Source: an uncultured cyanobacterium
GTDB taxonomy: Bacteria; Cyanobacteriota; Cyanobacteriia; PCC-6307; Cyanobiaceae
Direction: 5' to 3'
NCBI GenBank assembly: GCA_963697335.1
Contig: CAVONQ010000009.1
Coordinates: forward strand, 1 to 64,000
Length of the DNA stretch: 64,000 nt
Shown here: one piece after another, positions 61,011 through 64,000 of the stretch
How the letters are laid out: each line of letters begins with the position of its first letter
Numbering within the stretch: the stretch's first letter is position 1
Translations under genes and position numbers: made by a program
The notes under the pieces: model-generated
The model's input: only the letters and a program-made list of their open reading frames with translations
Database searches by the model: none
What the model was told of the DNA's origin: nothing

Positions 61011-62062
61011 CCCGAGGAGCCCGGCGGCGGCGCGCTGGCCGGCGACTGCTGCAGAAACGCCTGCAGCGGGATCGGCTTGGCCTGGTTGTAACCCACGGGC
61101 AGCCAGAGGTCGCCGGCGGCGGTGGCGAAGTGGATCTCCCAGTGGTAGAGGCCCAGGTAGGCGCGCGGATCCTCCTCGATCAGGGAGGCGTAGAGGAGCA
61201 CGGCGCGGCCGTAGTTGTCGCTGTTGTTGTAGCCCCAGAGGCCCTTGCGGATGTCCTTGAGGCCACCGCGGCGCACCAGGTAGCGGCCGGCGGCCTGGAT
61301 GGCGTCGTGGGGATCGCGGATGTTGCCCTTGCCCACCCCGGCCTGGGCCCAGGTGGTGGGCAGGAACTGCATCGGCCCCTGGGCATTGGCCACCGACACG
61401 CCATCGATGCGGCCCATGCCGGTTTCCACCAGGTTCACCGCCGCCAGCACCTCCCAGTCGATGCCGGTGGCGGCCTCCGCCTGCTTGTAGAAGCCGATCA
61501 GGGTGTCGGCGGGCGCTGGCTGGATGATGCGCCAGGCCGGCAGGGTGGTGGCCTTGGGCCCGCTGCGGTGCATGGCCAGGAAGGCCCGCCGGGCTTCCAG
61601 GTGGCGGTCGTAGACGCTCTGCCAGCGGGGATCGAGGGCTGGGCGCACCTGGGCCGCCAGGGCTTCCTGGTGGGAGAGCACCCGGTAGATCACCTGCTGC
61701 TGGTGGCCCAGTGCCGGCAGCTCCTGGGCCGGGGTCTCCGGGTCGCGCAGGGCGGTCTCCACCGCGCTCAGCAGGGCGGCGATCGCGGCGGGCTCGGCCG
61801 GCAGCAGGGGGTAATGACGGCCGTCGGCGCTGCGGCTCAGATCTGCCGCGCTGGGCAGAGCCACGCTGGTGGGCGCCTCGCTGGGTGTCGCCTCGTTGGG
61901 GGACCCCAAGGAGGTGGCTGTTGGCCCTGCTCCAGGGCCCTGCGGGGTAGGGCCGCTGAGGGATTCGGCCAGATAGGGGCGCCACCAGACCCCGGCGCCC
62001 AGAGCGATCAAGCCCACGCTCAGCAGGGACAGCTGCGCACGGCGACGGCGGGTCAACGGCAT
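61004..62062 (-). CDS. Lytic transglycosylase (SLT/MltB-like)
   Basis: LAAVNLVET, AQGPMQFLPTTW, DAIQAAGRYL, GYNNS..Y; N-terminal TM anchor. Confidence 0.85.
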   Translation of the reverse strand: MPLTRRRRAQLSLLSVGLIALGAGVWWRPYLAESLSGPTPQGPGAGPTATSLGSPNEATPSEAPTSVALPSAADLSRSADGRHYPLLPAEPAAIAALLSAVETALRDPETPAQELPALGHQQQVIYRVLSHQEALAAQVRPALDPRWQSVYDRHLEARRAFLAMHRSGPKATTLPAWRIIQPAPADTLIGFYKQAEAATGIDWEVLAAVNLVETGMGRIDGVSVANAQGPMQFLPTTWAQAGVGKGNIRDPHDAIQAAGRYLVRRGGLKDIRKGLWGYNNSDNYGRAVLLYASLIEEDPRAYLGLYHWEIHFATAAGDLWLPVGYNQAKPIPLQAFLQQSPASAPPPGSSGY

Positions 62063-62112
62063 CGGCGCGTTCTCAAAGGCAAGACCGCTGAGGCTATGGC
62101 GTGGAAGCCCGA

Positions 62113-63918
62113 CTAGGGGGCCTGGGATCCCTCGGCCTGCGGGGGCTGGCCCAGGTACGTCTGACGTGGGGTGCCCAGCCGGATCCCCGCCTGGTTCAGG
62201 TTCCGCAGCAGGCGCAGGCGGAATTCCCGGCTCACGGCCCAGTGTTGGCCAGGAGCGGTGTCGATCCAGGTGGTGACGGTGAGGCCACCGTGACCGATGG
62301 CATCGATACCCAGCACCGCAGGCGGCGCCACAATCAAGCCGCCCCAGTCGGGGTCCTGCTGCAACTGCTCGCCGGTCTGGCTGGTGACCGCCAGGGCCAG
62401 ATCCGGGTCGCTGTCCACGTCCACGTCCACGCTCACGTTCACCCGTGACCAGTTGCGGGTGAGGTTCTTCACCTGGCTGATGGTGCTGTTCGGCAGGGTG
62501 ATGAACTCACCACCCGCACTGCGCAGCTGGGTCACCCGCAGGTTCAGGCGTTCGACGGCGCCGCTGAGTCCCCCCACGTCGATCACATCGCCGATGGCGA
62601 ACTGGTCTTCGGCCAGGATCAGAAAGCCGTTCACCAGATCGCGCACCAGGTTCTGCGCCCCGAAGCTGATGGCCAGGCCGAGCAGGCCACCGATTGCCAG
62701 GATCGAGCTGTTGGGCACCCCCACCACCCCCAGCGCCGACAGCATCCCGGCCACCGAGATCACCACCACCAGCAAGCCCCGGCCGGCATCGAGGATCGTG
62801 GAAAAGCGCAGCCGCAGGCGCTTGCTCTGGTCGGTGGTGCCGCCACGGGCGGCGTGCCGATCCAGCCAGCGGGCCTCGAAGCGATCCAGCAGACGGATCG
62901 AGAAACGGATCGCCAGGGTGGCGCAGAACCACACCGTGAGCAGCTTCAGGGGGATGCCCACGAAGCCATTGCTGAGCGTCGCCAGGCCAGGCAGCTGACG
63001 TAGCAACAGATAGGTGCCTGCGTAGAGCAGCAGCAGCAGCAGCCAAAACAGCAGCCATTGCCACAGCCCCCAGATGCCGAGCCGGCGCCTGAGCCGAACG
63101 GGCTCTAGAGCGGCGTCTTCGAGGCGGTCGGGCCGTTGGCTCACCCCCGCTTTGGCCGGGGTGGCGTCGTGCTCGCGCAGGGCCTCGAGGCTGGCCTGCA
63201 GACGGGCCTGCAACACCTTCTCACGGAGCTGGATGCGGTGTTTCAGAAGCAGAATCAGGCCAGTGCCGCCTGCCATCACCAGCAGGATTCGCATGAAGCG
63301 CAACAGGCTCCTGCCCAGGTTTTCGGGCCTGAGCCTGTAGCTGAAGTCGCGAATTTCATTCTCAAGTTGTTGGCGCCAGGTTTCCGCCAGCTCCTCTACC
63401 GGGATGCCGTGGTAATTGGCATCGGCCGTGGTCACCGAGGCGAGCACCAAGGGGCGGGGGTGCTTGACGTCCCGCGCCGTGATCACCACCACATTGTTGA
63501 GCTTGGCCGTCTCCACCCGCAGGCTGTCGCCATCCATCTGGCGCTCCACCGCCGCCAGGTCCACCCGCGCCTGGATTTCCCGGGCGCGTTGCTCCACGGG
63601 GTGTTGCTCGTCTGCCACCTCGTTGCGGTCGAGCACCGTGGGGGAGGCGATCTTGAACATCGTCTCGCCGTCAATCGGCGAAACCACTGTGGTGACCTCG
63701 ATCTCGCCGAAGCGTTTGACGCCATCGGGGATGGTGCGGCCATTGCCGCCCGTGATGCTGTCGCCGAGGCTGATCTGGGCCAGGGCCGGCGCCAGGGTCC
63801 ACGTCAGCAGGGCCAGCAGCAGTCCCAGTGCCACGGGCATCACCCTCAGCAGCCGGCGACGGGTCTGGCGCGCACGCTGGAGGAGAGGGACCTGCCTTGG
63901 TGCGCTGGATCTCAGCAT
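62113..63918 (-). CDS. MscS-family mechanosensitive channel with N-terminal extension
   Basis: GLAISFGAQNLVRDLVNG, EDQFAIGDVI, G.VERLNLRVTQLR, PNSTI..VKNLTR.WSR. Confidence 0.9.
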   Translation of the reverse strand: MLRSSAPRQVPLLQRARQTRRRLLRVMPVALGLLLALLTWTLAPALAQISLGDSITGGNGRTIPDGVKRFGEIEVTTVVSPIDGETMFKIASPTVLDRNEVADEQHPVEQRAREIQARVDLAAVERQMDGDSLRVETAKLNNVVVITARDVKHPRPLVLASVTTADANYHGIPVEELAETWRQQLENEIRDFSYRLRPENLGRSLLRFMRILLVMAGGTGLILLLKHRIQLREKVLQARLQASLEALREHDATPAKAGVSQRPDRLEDAALEPVRLRRRLGIWGLWQWLLFWLLLLLLYAGTYLLLRQLPGLATLSNGFVGIPLKLLTVWFCATLAIRFSIRLLDRFEARWLDRHAARGGTTDQSKRLRLRFSTILDAGRGLLVVVISVAGMLSALGVVGVPNSSILAIGGLLGLAISFGAQNLVRDLVNGFLILAEDQFAIGDVIDVGGLSGAVERLNLRVTQLRSAGGEFITLPNSTISQVKNLTRNWSRVNVSVDVDVDSDPDLALAVTSQTGEQLQQDPDWGGLIVAPPAVLGIDAIGHGGLTVTTWIDTAPGQHWAVSREFRLRLLRNLNQAGIRLGTPRQTYLGQPPQAEGSQAP

Positions 63919-64000
63919 CGCCCCTGGCCCTTCTGGGCCGATGGTGACACATGGGCCCGGGTGCTGACTGGTGCATGGTGGAGCCTGCGACGCTCCCTGC

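Overview
High-GC picocyanobacterial (Cyanobium/Synechococcus-like) chromosomal window. The assignment rests on psbA, chlNBL, a phycoerythrin-type rod linker and a som porin. 1-8.3 kb: a foreign-looking type I restriction-modification island (hsdM-hsdS-hsdR-M48 hydrolase) followed by an attC-like hairpin, lying 3' of tRNA-Ser(TGA). 8.4-14 kb: nrdJ, prfC and a linker gene. 14-28 kb: a phosphate/arsenic/iron cluster (phoBR, PtrA-like CRP, arsR, pstS, gap3-arsJ, ferritin, porin, CHAD, ackA) with readable PHO and ArsR boxes and an acr3::gltS deletion chimera. 28-51 kb: a type II SQR, two DUF3136 paralogs, pyrC, pyrF/E, transporters and channels, chlNBL and an nblA-like gene. 52-61 kb, the most interesting part: a microaerobic-type D1 (psbA, D1') in an apparent operon with a Tll0287-like His/Cys c-heme protein and a second SQR. 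Nearby are a two-cysteine BigR/SqrR-type repressor, a deleted rhodanese and a TauE exporter. The same 20-bp semi-palindrome lies upstream of psbA and upstream of the rhodanese/tauE unit, suggesting sulfide-controlled remodelling of PSII. All family calls come from recalled motifs; no database search was run.
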